From assembly GCA_041649575.1 (NCBI GenBank), contig JBAZMW010000002.1, forward strand, positions 78,159 to 142,158: a stretch of 64,000 nt of DNA, read 5' to 3'. Source of the DNA: Patescibacteria group bacterium. Lineage in GTDB: Bacteria > Patescibacteriota > Patescibacteriia > 2-01-FULL-39-33. The translations under genes and the position numbers were made by a program. Position 1 is the stretch's first letter; the number at the start of each line of letters is the position of its first letter. The notes under the pieces are model-generated. The model was not told where the DNA came from and did not search any database. It saw nothing but the letters and a program-made list of their open reading frames with translations. Of this stretch, positions 27,506-36,215 are shown piece after piece.

Positions 27506-27526
27506 TTGTGTTAAAATAAAAAATGT

Positions 27527-28555
27527 ATGGCGGAGAAAAACGACAAAAAATTCGACTGGGATATCTGCGGTCATAAAAAAATAATTGAATTTTTACAATT
27601 ATCTATTACCAACCGGAAAATCGCTCAAGCCTATTTATTTTCTGGTCCCGCCCAGCTTGGCAAATACTCGGTAGCTAAAAAATTCATTGCCTCAATTTTC
27701 TGTCAGGGCCAATCAAAAATTATTCCTTGCAATGATTGTTTGCATTGTCGACAGCTATTAAACAATATTCATCCCGATGTTTTTTTTATCAAACGTGAAA
27801 CAGATGAGAAAACCGGCAAGCTCAGAAAGGATATCAGCGTCGATCAGATTCGTAAGCTAAAGGGCAGCTTGCAACAGGCCAGCCTGCTGGATAGTTATAA
27901 GGTCGCGATCATACCAGAAGCCCAATACATCAACGGCAACTCCGCCAACGCTTTACTGAAAGCCCTGGAGGAGCCAACCGCCAAGACAGTCATCATTTTA
28001 ATTACCAATGATATTAATAAAATACCGCCGACCATCGTTTCCCGTTGCCAAAGATTGAAATTTTTACCAGTGGCCAGCGAACAAATCAGAGATTATTTAA
28101 AAATTAAGAACATCAAAGAACCTGATAAATTAGCTCGGTTGGCGGCCAATCGTCCGGGCTTGGCGCTAACTTTTTGGGAGTCAGAAGAGTTGAGAGAGAA
28201 TCATTCGTTTAATGTCGGTAAGTTTTTAGAAATCATTGATGCTTCTACCGACCGTCGCTTCGCTTTGGCTGAAGAGCTGACTGGTTGGACCAGCGACGAA
28301 ACGCTAAACGCCAATCAGGTTAATAAGCTGGTGGCCGATTGGCAGCTGGTTGTTCGGGATTTTTTGCTCCTTAACTGTGACAAGGAATCGCTGGTTTCCA
28401 ACCTCGACTTTTTAGCCAGCTTCAAAAAGTATTTAGCCGCCTTTCCTAGTAAAAAAATTGGCCAGCTTTTAAAGTCACTGGCGCAGGTCAAATTTCAACT
28501 TAATCAGAACGTTAACTCGAAATTAGTTTTAGAAAATCTAATTATAAATCTATGA
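27527..28555 (+). CDS. holB: DNA polymerase III delta-prime subunit
   Basis: AAA+ clamp-loader fold; AYLFSGPAQLGK with Zn-module CNDCLHC; SRCQRL sensor. Confidence 0.7.
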   Translation: MAEKNDKKFDWDICGHKKIIEFLQLSITNRKIAQAYLFSGPAQLGKYSVAKKFIASIFCQGQSKIIPCNDCLHCRQLLNNIHPDVFFIKRETDEKTGKLRKDISVDQIRKLKGSLQQASLLDSYKVAIIPEAQYINGNSANALLKALEEPTAKTVIILITNDINKIPPTIVSRCQRLKFLPVASEQIRDYLKIKNIKEPDKLARLAANRPGLALTFWESEELRENHSFNVGKFLEIIDASTDRRFALAEELTGWTSDETLNANQVNKLVADWQLVVRDFLLLNCDKESLVSNLDFLASFKKYLAAFPSKKIGQLLKSLAQVKFQLNQNVNSKLVLENLIINL

Positions 28556-29631
28556 GGCAAATAAAAAAAGTTTTTTTTCTGGCAATTTTGACTCTGGTGG
28601 TGGTGGCGACCAGCGGTTGCACCATTAGCTTGGGTTCCTCAAAAAGCAAAGGCGCCGATGGTGGTGTTTGGAAATCGCTCGACGGCGGCAAAAAATGGGT
28701 CCAAAGCGTTTCCGTTCCCACCATTACCGGCAAGCCAGCCAGTATCGCCAACGTGGATGTCAGAAGAATGATTTTTGACCCTCAAGACTCTAATACTATT
28801 TATCTGGCCACTGAGGCCAATGGCGTCATCTACACCTACGACGGTGGCAATAACTGGCGGCAGTTTAAGGATTTCCGCAGTGGACAAATCAGATCGATAG
28901 CGGTTGATACAAAATATAAATGCACTCTTTATCTACTGACGGAAAATAAGCTTTATAAATCCAATGATTGCGGACGTTTTTGGAAAAACATTTATTTTCA
29001 CCAAAATCAGCAGGTGACTTTAAATGATATTTCAGTCAGCTTTGATGACAATAATGTTTTATACCTGGCCACCAGCGCCGGCGAGGTGATCAAAAGTGCT
29101 GACGGCGGTCAGACCTGGGCTACGGTTTTTCGGCCAGAAAAGGGCACGGCGGTTTTTGTAGATCTCTTAATAGATCCAGGTGACAGCAATAAAATATATG
29201 CGGCTTCCACCAAGAAAGGAATTTTCAAAACCAGTGACGGGGGTTCAAATTGGGAATCCTTGGGCGAGGGGCTGAAATCTTACACCGGTAGTCACGATTA
29301 TAAAGCCTTGATTAGTGACCCAGTCACTCCGGAGAGCCTGATTCTAATTTCCAAGTATGGCATGCTGCGGAGCCGCGATGGTGGCCAGAGCTGGGAAATA
29401 ATAAACTTACTGCCCTCATCAAAAGCCACCACTATTTATTCCGTGGCGGTTAATCCAAAAAACAGCAATGAGATTTACTATAGCACCCGCACCTCCCTGG
29501 TTAAATCAATAGATGGCGGTCAGACTTGGTCGTCGCAAAAACTGCCTTTTTCTCGCGTTGCCAATCAAATTATTATTGATTGGGAAAATCCGCAAGTGGT
29601 TTATCTGGGCGCTTTATTAGTCAAAGATTAA
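28552..29631 (+). CDS. Lipoprotein with six BNR/Asp-box (SxDGGxTW) repeats, beta-propeller
   Basis: Lipobox ATSGC, and repeats SLDGGKKW, YDGGNNW, SADGGQTW, TSDGGSNW, SRDGGQSW, SIDGGQTW. Confidence 0.6.
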   Translation: MRQIKKVFFLAILTLVVVATSGCTISLGSSKSKGADGGVWKSLDGGKKWVQSVSVPTITGKPASIANVDVRRMIFDPQDSNTIYLATEANGVIYTYDGGNNWRQFKDFRSGQIRSIAVDTKYKCTLYLLTENKLYKSNDCGRFWKNIYFHQNQQVTLNDISVSFDDNNVLYLATSAGEVIKSADGGQTWATVFRPEKGTAVFVDLLIDPGDSNKIYAASTKKGIFKTSDGGSNWESLGEGLKSYTGSHDYKALISDPVTPESLILISKYGMLRSRDGGQSWEIINLLPSSKATTIYSVAVNPKNSNEIYYSTRTSLVKSIDGGQTWSSQKLPFSRVANQIIIDWENPQVVYLGALLVKD

Positions 29632-29649
29632 TAATAACAATAAAATTAT

Positions 29650-30201
29650 ATGAACCTCATTGATAATTATTCTCAGGATTTTATCAAAGCTGTTGAGCAT
29701 TTTAGGCAAGACATCGCCACTCTAAAAACCGGCCGGGCTAATCCGGCCCTTTTGGACGCAGTGACTATCGAGGCTTACGGTGCCAAAACGCCGCTTAATC
29801 AATTAGCCTCCGTCTCCGTGCCCGAAGCGCGGGTGATTATAGTTCAGCCCTGGGACAAGAATCTTATAAAAGACGTGGAAAAGGGGATAATCGACGCCAA
29901 TTTAGGCCTGGCGCCAGTCAACGAGGGAGAAAGAATTAGAATTTTTTTGCCCCAAATGACCGAAGAAATGCGGAAAGAAATCGTCAAGCATTTGCACCAA
30001 AAAGCGGAACAAGCGCGCGTGGCTATTCGTACCTTGCGTGACCAGGTCAAAGAAGCTGTTTTGACTGCCGAAAAAAACAAAGAGTTTGGCGAAGATGAAA
30101 AATATAATTTATTAGAACAGTTGGACAAAAAAGTCGGAGACTATAACAACAAACTCAAAGCGATCAGTGAAGAAAAAGAAAAAGAAATAATGACTATTTA
30201 A
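29650..30201 (+). CDS. frr: Ribosome recycling factor
   Basis: 183 aa; typical RRF sequence (TLKTGRANPALLD...). Confidence 0.9.
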   Translation: MNLIDNYSQDFIKAVEHFRQDIATLKTGRANPALLDAVTIEAYGAKTPLNQLASVSVPEARVIIVQPWDKNLIKDVEKGIIDANLGLAPVNEGERIRIFLPQMTEEMRKEIVKHLHQKAEQARVAIRTLRDQVKEAVLTAEKNKEFGEDEKYNLLEQLDKKVGDYNNKLKAISEEKEKEIMTI

Positions 30202-30206
30202 ATTGT

Positions 30207-31385
30207 ATGTTTTTGACGATAGTAATTTTTGTCGCCATTTTATCGCTTTTGGTTTTTGCTCACGAGATAGGCCATTTTTTTACAGCCAGGAAATTTGGTA
30301 TTAGGGTGGATGAGTTTGGTTTTGGCTTGCCGCCGCGAGTCATCGGCCTGGTTTTTTTGTCAGCCAAGAAAAAAATTCGTTTTTTATTCGGGAACCGGGA
30401 ATTAAAAGCTGAAAATGAGACCGAACAGACTGGGACTATTTACTCTCTCAACTTAATACCGGTCGGCGGTTTCGTTAAAATTAAAGGTGAAAACGGCGAA
30501 GCCGCCGGTGATCGTGATAGTTTTGCCAGTAAAGCCATTTGGCGTCGGGTTTCGGTTTTGGCCGCCGGAGTAATCATGAATTTATTTTTATGCGCCTTAA
30601 TATTGATCATTGGCTTTATTATTGGTTTGCCCTCGGCGGTTAGCGGCCAAATGTCCGGAGCCATTGTTTCCGACAACAATATTCAGGTGGTGGAGGTTTT
30701 AAAAGGCACGGCGGCGGAACAAGCTGGCCTCAAGCCTGGCGATATCATCAACGGAGTTGATGGCAAAACTTTTGGCAGTATCGAAGAATTACAAAAATAT
30801 TTGTCAGGCCGAGCCGATCAGCTAATTAGCTTGAAACTGACAAGAAACACCGAGAGTTTGACCAAGGAACTGCTGGTGCAAAAATACCAGGCAGTGACCG
30901 GTATCGGCGTGGCTTTGGTGGAAACGGCCATCGTTCGCTATCCCTGGTACTTGGCGATTTGGCAAGGGATCAAGGCTACCTTTTTTTGGCTGGTGGCAAT
31001 TATTTTAGCTTTTGCCTCCATAATCAAAAATTTAGTTTTGGGCCAGCCGATTGGCATAGAAGTTGCTGGACCGGTGGGTATTGCCGTGATGACCGGCCAG
31101 GCGGCTCGGTTGGGCTTGGTTTATGTTTTGCAGTTTACCGCCCTGCTCTCGCTTAATTTGGCGATTATTAATATTTTACCCTTTCCGGCCTTAGACGGCG
31201 GCCGCATTCTCTTTTTGGTGATTGAGAAAATCAGAGGCCGAGCGGTTAAACAACAATTAGAGAATTTAATCCATAACATCGGTTTTGCCCTGCTCATGCT
31301 CTTGATAGTTTTTGTCACCTACAGAGACATCATCAGGTATGGTGGCAAAATTTTCGGTGTCTTTAAAAATTTAGTGGGGATATAA
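30207..31385 (+). CDS. rseP: RIP metalloprotease (site-2 protease) RseP
   Basis: HEIGHFFTARKFGIRV zinc motif, PDZ domain, and C-terminal LDGG motif. Confidence 0.85.
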   Translation: MFLTIVIFVAILSLLVFAHEIGHFFTARKFGIRVDEFGFGLPPRVIGLVFLSAKKKIRFLFGNRELKAENETEQTGTIYSLNLIPVGGFVKIKGENGEAAGDRDSFASKAIWRRVSVLAAGVIMNLFLCALILIIGFIIGLPSAVSGQMSGAIVSDNNIQVVEVLKGTAAEQAGLKPGDIINGVDGKTFGSIEELQKYLSGRADQLISLKLTRNTESLTKELLVQKYQAVTGIGVALVETAIVRYPWYLAIWQGIKATFFWLVAIILAFASIIKNLVLGQPIGIEVAGPVGIAVMTGQAARLGLVYVLQFTALLSLNLAIINILPFPALDGGRILFLVIEKIRGRAVKQQLENLIHNIGFALLMLLIVFVTYRDIIRYGGKIFGVFKNLVGI

Positions 31386-31389
31386 TTTT

Positions 31390-31850
31390 TTAAAAAAAGA
31401 GATGCCAGTCCATTCTCGTGACGGACTGGCATCAGGCATTACTATAGAGCAAGAGAGATTAACCGGCAGACAGGGCGAGAGGGGATCGTCTCTTTTCCCA
31501 TCTTAATAACTTGTCATCCTCCCCCAGTGTTGCAGTAGTGAGCTCCTCCGGAGTGGTTAACTCCAGTTTAGTTCTAGCGCCCGGAAGGAGAAAGGGGGGC
31601 TCCTGCAAACACATCCGGAAGGATTAGGCTGATATAGCTTTGGCTTTCGGTGCTGTTCTGGTCCAGCCCCGAAATAATCCCAGCCCCGCAATGACGAAGG
31701 AATCAGCCATACTCTGAAAACAAGTTAACTGTCGGGACTAGTCCTTGCCCGGCGCTGGACTAGTCGTTGCGCTGGTGGCAGCTTAACCTCTCTTAGAAAA
31801 GATCTAAAGGGCACTGAAGTAGCTAGTTTCCATCCTAATATAAAATTAAT
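31390..31850 (-). ncRNA. Candidate structured non-coding RNA (~450 nt, G+C-rich, ORF-free), family not identified
   Basis: No ORF of 60 aa or more on either strand. G+C-rich against AT-rich flanks. Ends (minus strand) in an 11-bp perfect hairpin (31401-31433) followed by a T8 run. Confidence 0.4.
31401..31433 (-). terminator. Rho-independent terminator (minus-strand orientation)
   Basis: gatgccagtcc-attctcgtgac-ggactggcatc, with plus-strand A8 immediately upstream (a T-run on the minus strand). Confidence 0.65.
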
Positions 31851-31853
31851 TAT

Positions 31854-32225
31854 TTGGCAAATATGAAAATAACCGTCTTCAATAATTTTGATCCGGTCCT
31901 GGTGCTACGTCGTAGCGGTTATGGCTTAATGACCAACAGAAAAACTGGCGAACAAAGCTTTGTTCGCCGCCTGGGCAACAATTCTTATCCGCGTTTTCAC
32001 GCCTATCTTAAAGATGGTTTTATTAATCTGCATTTAGACCAGAAGCAACCCAGCTACAGCGGCGTTAAGGCGCATAGTGGTGAATATGAGGGAGAGGTGA
32101 TAACCAAAGAAGCAAACAGAATCAAAGAAGTAATAAATTTTTTAAAAACCGAAGACAGACCGACATCAGAGCGTGAAATTGCCGCACCAGCCAAGGGTTT
32201 TTGGTCTAAATTTTTTGGGGATTAG
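31854..32225 (+). CDS. Hypothetical protein (123 aa)
   Basis: ORF only; no recognisable motif. The true start may be the second ATG (31863). Confidence 0.3.
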   Translation: MANMKITVFNNFDPVLVLRRSGYGLMTNRKTGEQSFVRRLGNNSYPRFHAYLKDGFINLHLDQKQPSYSGVKAHSGEYEGEVITKEANRIKEVINFLKTEDRPTSEREIAAPAKGFWSKFFGD

Positions 32226-32302
32226 TCTCTAAAATTATAAGAATTAATTTTTGACAAAACAATAAAAAAATGAAAGAATGATATAATTATAACCATAATT
32301 TT

Positions 32303-33808
32303 ATGAGGGAAAATAAGAGCAAAAAAGACAATAACGAAACAAGCGAATTCTCTATTACCAAGCGGAGTGAAGATTATTCGCAGTGGTATTTAGACGTCAT
32401 TAGCGCTGGTAAATTGGCCGATAATTCCCCCGTTCGCGGTTGCATGGTAATCAGACCGAATGGTTATGCTGTTTGGGAAAAAATGCAGAAAATTCTAGAC
32501 GAGATGTTCAAAGAAACGGGAGTGGCTAATGCTTATTTTCCCTTGTTCATCCCGATCAGTTTTCTTAATAAAGAGGCAAAACACGTGGCAGGGTTTGCCA
32601 AGGAGTGTGCCGTAGTGACTCATCATCGTTTAGAATTAGATACCAAAGGCAGATTACAACCGACAGCCGAGCTAGAAGAGCCGCTGATTGTTAGACCTAC
32701 TTCGGAGACCATAATGTATGACACCTTTTCCAAGTGGATTAACTCACATAGAGACTTGCCGTTGCTTATTAACCAATGGGCCAATATTGTAAGATGGGAA
32801 ATGAGAACGCGACCCTTTTTGAGGACCATGGAATTTTTGTGGCAAGAGGGACACACGGCCCATGCCACCAAGGAAGAAGCTGACACGAGAACCGAACAAA
32901 TGATCGCTGTCTACAAAAAGTTTTGTGAAGAATATTTGGCGATCCCAGTGATTGCCGGGCTAAAAACCGAGTCAGAAAAGTTTGCCGGAGCAGTTTATAC
33001 CACCTGCATCGAGGCCATGATGCAGGACGGTAAATCGCTCCAGACCGGTACCTCCCACATGCTTGGCCAGAATTTTGCCAAAGCCTTTGAGGTAAAATAT
33101 CTCGATCAGAAAGGTGAGAGTCAATATGTTTGGCAAACCAGCTGGGGACTAAGCACCAGGCTGATCGGAGCTTTGATTATGGTTCATAGTGACGATAAAG
33201 GGCTAGTATTGCCTCCGAGATTAGCGCCCACCCCGGTGGTTATAGTACCCATCTGGTCTTCACTGGAGGAAAAAGAAAAGGTACTAGTGGCAGCCCACAA
33301 AATATCAAATTTGGTTTCAAGTAAACTCGGGCTAAATGTTAAAGTTGATGACCGTGACTTAAGGCCGGGACCAAAATTTTATGAGTGGGAAAAAATGGGC
33401 ATCCCTTTGCGGTTGGAGCTGGGTCCGAAGGATTTGGCCAATAATTCCTTAATGGCTGTCAGGCGTGACAACGAGGTCAAAGAAGAAGTAAACCAGACAA
33501 ATATTATAGACTATGTTTCCCGAGCCCTCGAAGATATCCAAGATAGCTTATTCAAGAAAGCTTTAAAATTTCAAAAGAATAATACCAAGAAGACAGATTC
33601 TTGGGATGAATTTAAGAAGCTAGTGACCGATGATGGTGGTTTTATTTTGGCTCATTGGTGTGGCTCGGCCAAGTGCGAGCAGCAAATAAAAGAAGCAACC
33701 AAAGCCACTATAGCTTGCATTCCCTTTGATCAGAAAAAGGAGACGGGTAAGTGCATTCTTTGTGGTAAAAAATCTGAAGGAAGAGTTATTTTTGCAAAAG
33801 CTTATTAA
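32303..33808 (+). CDS. proS: Prolyl-tRNA synthetase, archaeal/eukaryotic-type (class II, C-terminal Zn-binding domain ending in Tyr)
   Basis: Class II motifs, and the C-terminal CILCGKK...FAKAY typical of archaeal-type ProRS. Confidence 0.9.
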   Translation: MRENKSKKDNNETSEFSITKRSEDYSQWYLDVISAGKLADNSPVRGCMVIRPNGYAVWEKMQKILDEMFKETGVANAYFPLFIPISFLNKEAKHVAGFAKECAVVTHHRLELDTKGRLQPTAELEEPLIVRPTSETIMYDTFSKWINSHRDLPLLINQWANIVRWEMRTRPFLRTMEFLWQEGHTAHATKEEADTRTEQMIAVYKKFCEEYLAIPVIAGLKTESEKFAGAVYTTCIEAMMQDGKSLQTGTSHMLGQNFAKAFEVKYLDQKGESQYVWQTSWGLSTRLIGALIMVHSDDKGLVLPPRLAPTPVVIVPIWSSLEEKEKVLVAAHKISNLVSSKLGLNVKVDDRDLRPGPKFYEWEKMGIPLRLELGPKDLANNSLMAVRRDNEVKEEVNQTNIIDYVSRALEDIQDSLFKKALKFQKNNTKKTDSWDEFKKLVTDDGGFILAHWCGSAKCEQQIKEATKATIACIPFDQKKETGKCILCGKKSEGRVIFAKAY

Positions 33809-33817
33809 AATTACGGC

Positions 33818-34855
33818 ATGTTTAAAAAAATTTTTAGTAAATTTAATAAAGGCCTAGGAGTCGATCTGGGTAGCACCAAGACCATGATTTATCTTCAGGA
33901 TCGCGGTATTGTTGTTAATGAGTCATCGGTAGTGGCGGTTAATAATCGTACCGATCAGATTTTGGCCGTTGGTGACACCGCCCGGCGCATGCTCGGCAAA
34001 ACACCGCCTCATATCATCGCCACCCAGCCGATAGAAAACGGCATTATTTCTGATTTTGAAATAACCGAAAAAATGTTGAAGTATTTTTTTAATAAAATCC
34101 AGGCCGGTAAATTTTTCTTTTCAGTCAAGCCCAGGGTAGTTGTTGGCATACCGCTGGATGTAACCGAAGTCGAAAAGAAAGCGGCCGAAGATGCCATGCT
34201 CTCTGCCGGGGCCGGTGAGGTTTTTTTGGTGGAAAACATTATGGCGGCGGCCATTGGCGCCAGAGTTCCCATTCAGGATCCAACCGGTAATATGGTTGTC
34301 AATTTGGGCGGTGGCTTGACAGAGGTGGCGGTTATCTCTTTGGATGGCATTGTTAATTGGCGAGTCTCCCGGGTAGCCGGGCTGACTTTGGGCAATGATA
34401 TTATTAGATTTGCTAAAGATGAATTTAATTTAGTTTTGGGCGAGATGGTAGCCGAAGATATTAAGAAAAAAATCGGTTCAGCCGTGGAATTAAAGGACCC
34501 CCTGGAAATGCAAATGCGGGGCAGGGATGTGGTTTCCGGTTTGCCCAGAGAAGTGACAATTAATAATATTCAGATTCAGAATGCCATTGGCCGCTCCACT
34601 CAAAATATTCTCGACACTATCAAGGCTACCTTAGAGACCACTCCACCGGAATTGGTGGCCGATATTTACCAGAAAGGTATAATTTTGACCGGTGGTACCG
34701 CCCAGCTTAGGGGATTGGATAAATTTATTTCTCAAGGCATTCGGGTGCCTGTTCATATTGCCGATGACCCCCAGACCTGTGTTGTCAGGGGCATGGGAGC
34801 AATTTTAGACGATGAGCATCTTTTAAAAGATATCGCCATCCCTTCTTCTCAATAG
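33818..34855 (+). CDS. mreB: Rod shape-determining protein MreB (paralogue 2, canonical mreBCD context)
   Basis: GVDLGSTKTMIYL, NLGGGLTEVAVIS, ILTGGTAQLRGLDKFI. Confidence 0.9.
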   Translation: MFKKIFSKFNKGLGVDLGSTKTMIYLQDRGIVVNESSVVAVNNRTDQILAVGDTARRMLGKTPPHIIATQPIENGIISDFEITEKMLKYFFNKIQAGKFFFSVKPRVVVGIPLDVTEVEKKAAEDAMLSAGAGEVFLVENIMAAAIGARVPIQDPTGNMVVNLGGGLTEVAVISLDGIVNWRVSRVAGLTLGNDIIRFAKDEFNLVLGEMVAEDIKKKIGSAVELKDPLEMQMRGRDVVSGLPREVTINNIQIQNAIGRSTQNILDTIKATLETTPPELVADIYQKGIILTGGTAQLRGLDKFISQGIRVPVHIADDPQTCVVRGMGAILDDEHLLKDIAIPSSQ

Positions 34856-34891
34856 CTTTAAAGCATAATTTTAAAAGTCAACCGAAAGTCT

Positions 34892-35686
34892 ATGGGCAAA
34901 TTGACCAAGTCTATAATTTTAACTTTCCTTATTCTGGTTTTGTTAGTTTTTTTTCATTACCTGGGCTGGTTAAGGCCGGTGGAAAATCTGACTTTCAAGG
35001 CCCTCGGTCCGGTCCAGGGGCAAGTTTATAATTTTGCTTCTCAGTTGAAAACCCTGCAACAAAACTGGTTTTCTAAAAGAAATCTGCTTAAAGAAAATAG
35101 TGACTTAAAAGAAAATTTAAAGCTGTTTCAGTTGGACCGGGTGGAATTTAATAGATTGCAACAAGAAAACGACCTATTGAAAAAAGAACTTGGTTTTGTC
35201 AGCCAAAACCAAGTTAAATATCTTTCGGCCAGAATTATTACAGGTATTTCCGATCCACTGTCGCAATCGGTAATAATTAATCGTGGCCGTAGCGATGGCA
35301 TTGTCAAGGGTTTGCCGGTGGTGGTCGACAAGGGGGTTCTGGTTGGTAAAATCAGTGAGGTAGGCGACGGCTATAGTAAAGTCTTGTTGCTAAACGACAG
35401 CAAGAGTCGAGTGGCGGCTGCCATCCAAAATTCTAGTCAAACCGTTGGTTTGGTCGAGGGTAGTTTTGGCTTGGGCTTTACTATGACCAACATCCCTCGT
35501 GATCAACAGATCAAAGATGGCGATTTGGTAGTGACTTCCGGACTGGAGGGACAAATCCCAAGAAATTTACTGATTGCCGAGGTTGACAGTGTTAATCAGG
35601 TGGAAAGCGAGATTTTTAAAACAGCGGTTTTAAAGCCGATCATTCCTTTGAATAATTTGAGTTATGTTTTAGTAATTATTCCTTAA
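34892..35686 (+). CDS. mreC: Rod shape-determining protein MreC
   Basis: N-terminal TM and coiled coil, then beta-rich domain (GLPVVVDKGVLVGKISEV). Confidence 0.8.
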   Translation: MGKLTKSIILTFLILVLLVFFHYLGWLRPVENLTFKALGPVQGQVYNFASQLKTLQQNWFSKRNLLKENSDLKENLKLFQLDRVEFNRLQQENDLLKKELGFVSQNQVKYLSARIITGISDPLSQSVIINRGRSDGIVKGLPVVVDKGVLVGKISEVGDGYSKVLLLNDSKSRVAAAIQNSSQTVGLVEGSFGLGFTMTNIPRDQQIKDGDLVVTSGLEGQIPRNLLIAEVDSVNQVESEIFKTAVLKPIIPLNNLSYVLVIIP

Positions 35687-35690
35687 TTTA

Positions 35691-36212
35691 ATGAATTACA
35701 AGATTATCATTTTTATTTTAATAATTTTATTAGTTTTTATTGTTCAAAATGCTTTCCTAGACAATTTGAGCTTTTTTTTCTTTAGTTTTAACTTATTGCT
35801 AATAACCCTGGTTTTATTGGTCGATTTGGCCGATTTTAAACTGGCTTTGTGGTTTTCCTTGGTTGGTGGTTTTTTGCTTGATACCTATTCTAGCTTGCCT
35901 TTCGGTATTTTTTTGCTGACGTTATTTTTAACGGCTATTGTTTTGAAATTTCTATTTTTTAATTTTTTTACCAATCGTTCTCTTTATTCCCTGATTATTT
36001 TGGGCTTAGTGGCGGTTTTGGTTTATCAGGGCGGTTTTTTGCTCCTAAGCAGTCTGTTTTATCTTCTCGGTTTTAGTGATTTCCTGGCCGGCTGGTCTTT
36101 CATCTGGTTGATTTCGGCGCAACTGGTCAATATGACCATTGTCTTAACTGTCTCTTTCTGGCTGATTAACAAGCTCTCGAAATTTTTTAAACCCATTTTT
36201 CTTAAATCATAA
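35691..36212 (+). CDS. mreD: Rod shape-determining protein MreD (polytopic membrane protein)
   Basis: Position after mreC and before PBP2; 173 aa, fully hydrophobic. Confidence 0.6.
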   Translation: MNYKIIIFILIILLVFIVQNAFLDNLSFFFFSFNLLLITLVLLVDLADFKLALWFSLVGGFLLDTYSSLPFGIFLLTLFLTAIVLKFLFFNFFTNRSLYSLIILGLVAVLVYQGGFLLLSSLFYLLGFSDFLAGWSFIWLISAQLVNMTIVLTVSFWLINKLSKFFKPIFLKS

Positions 36213-36215
36213 ATC

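Noticed and set aside
31390-31850. Attempted to assign the G+C-rich island to RNase P RNA, tmRNA or a T-box leader for the downstream proS
   Set aside because: Conserved RNase P blocks, the tmRNA T-arm/CCA end and the T-box sequence (AAUUAGGGUGGNACCGCG) are not present. The only terminator is oriented for the minus strand. The tmRNA-like tag frame (...VALVAA-stop) on the plus strand lacks any tRNA-like domain, so it is judged coincidental.
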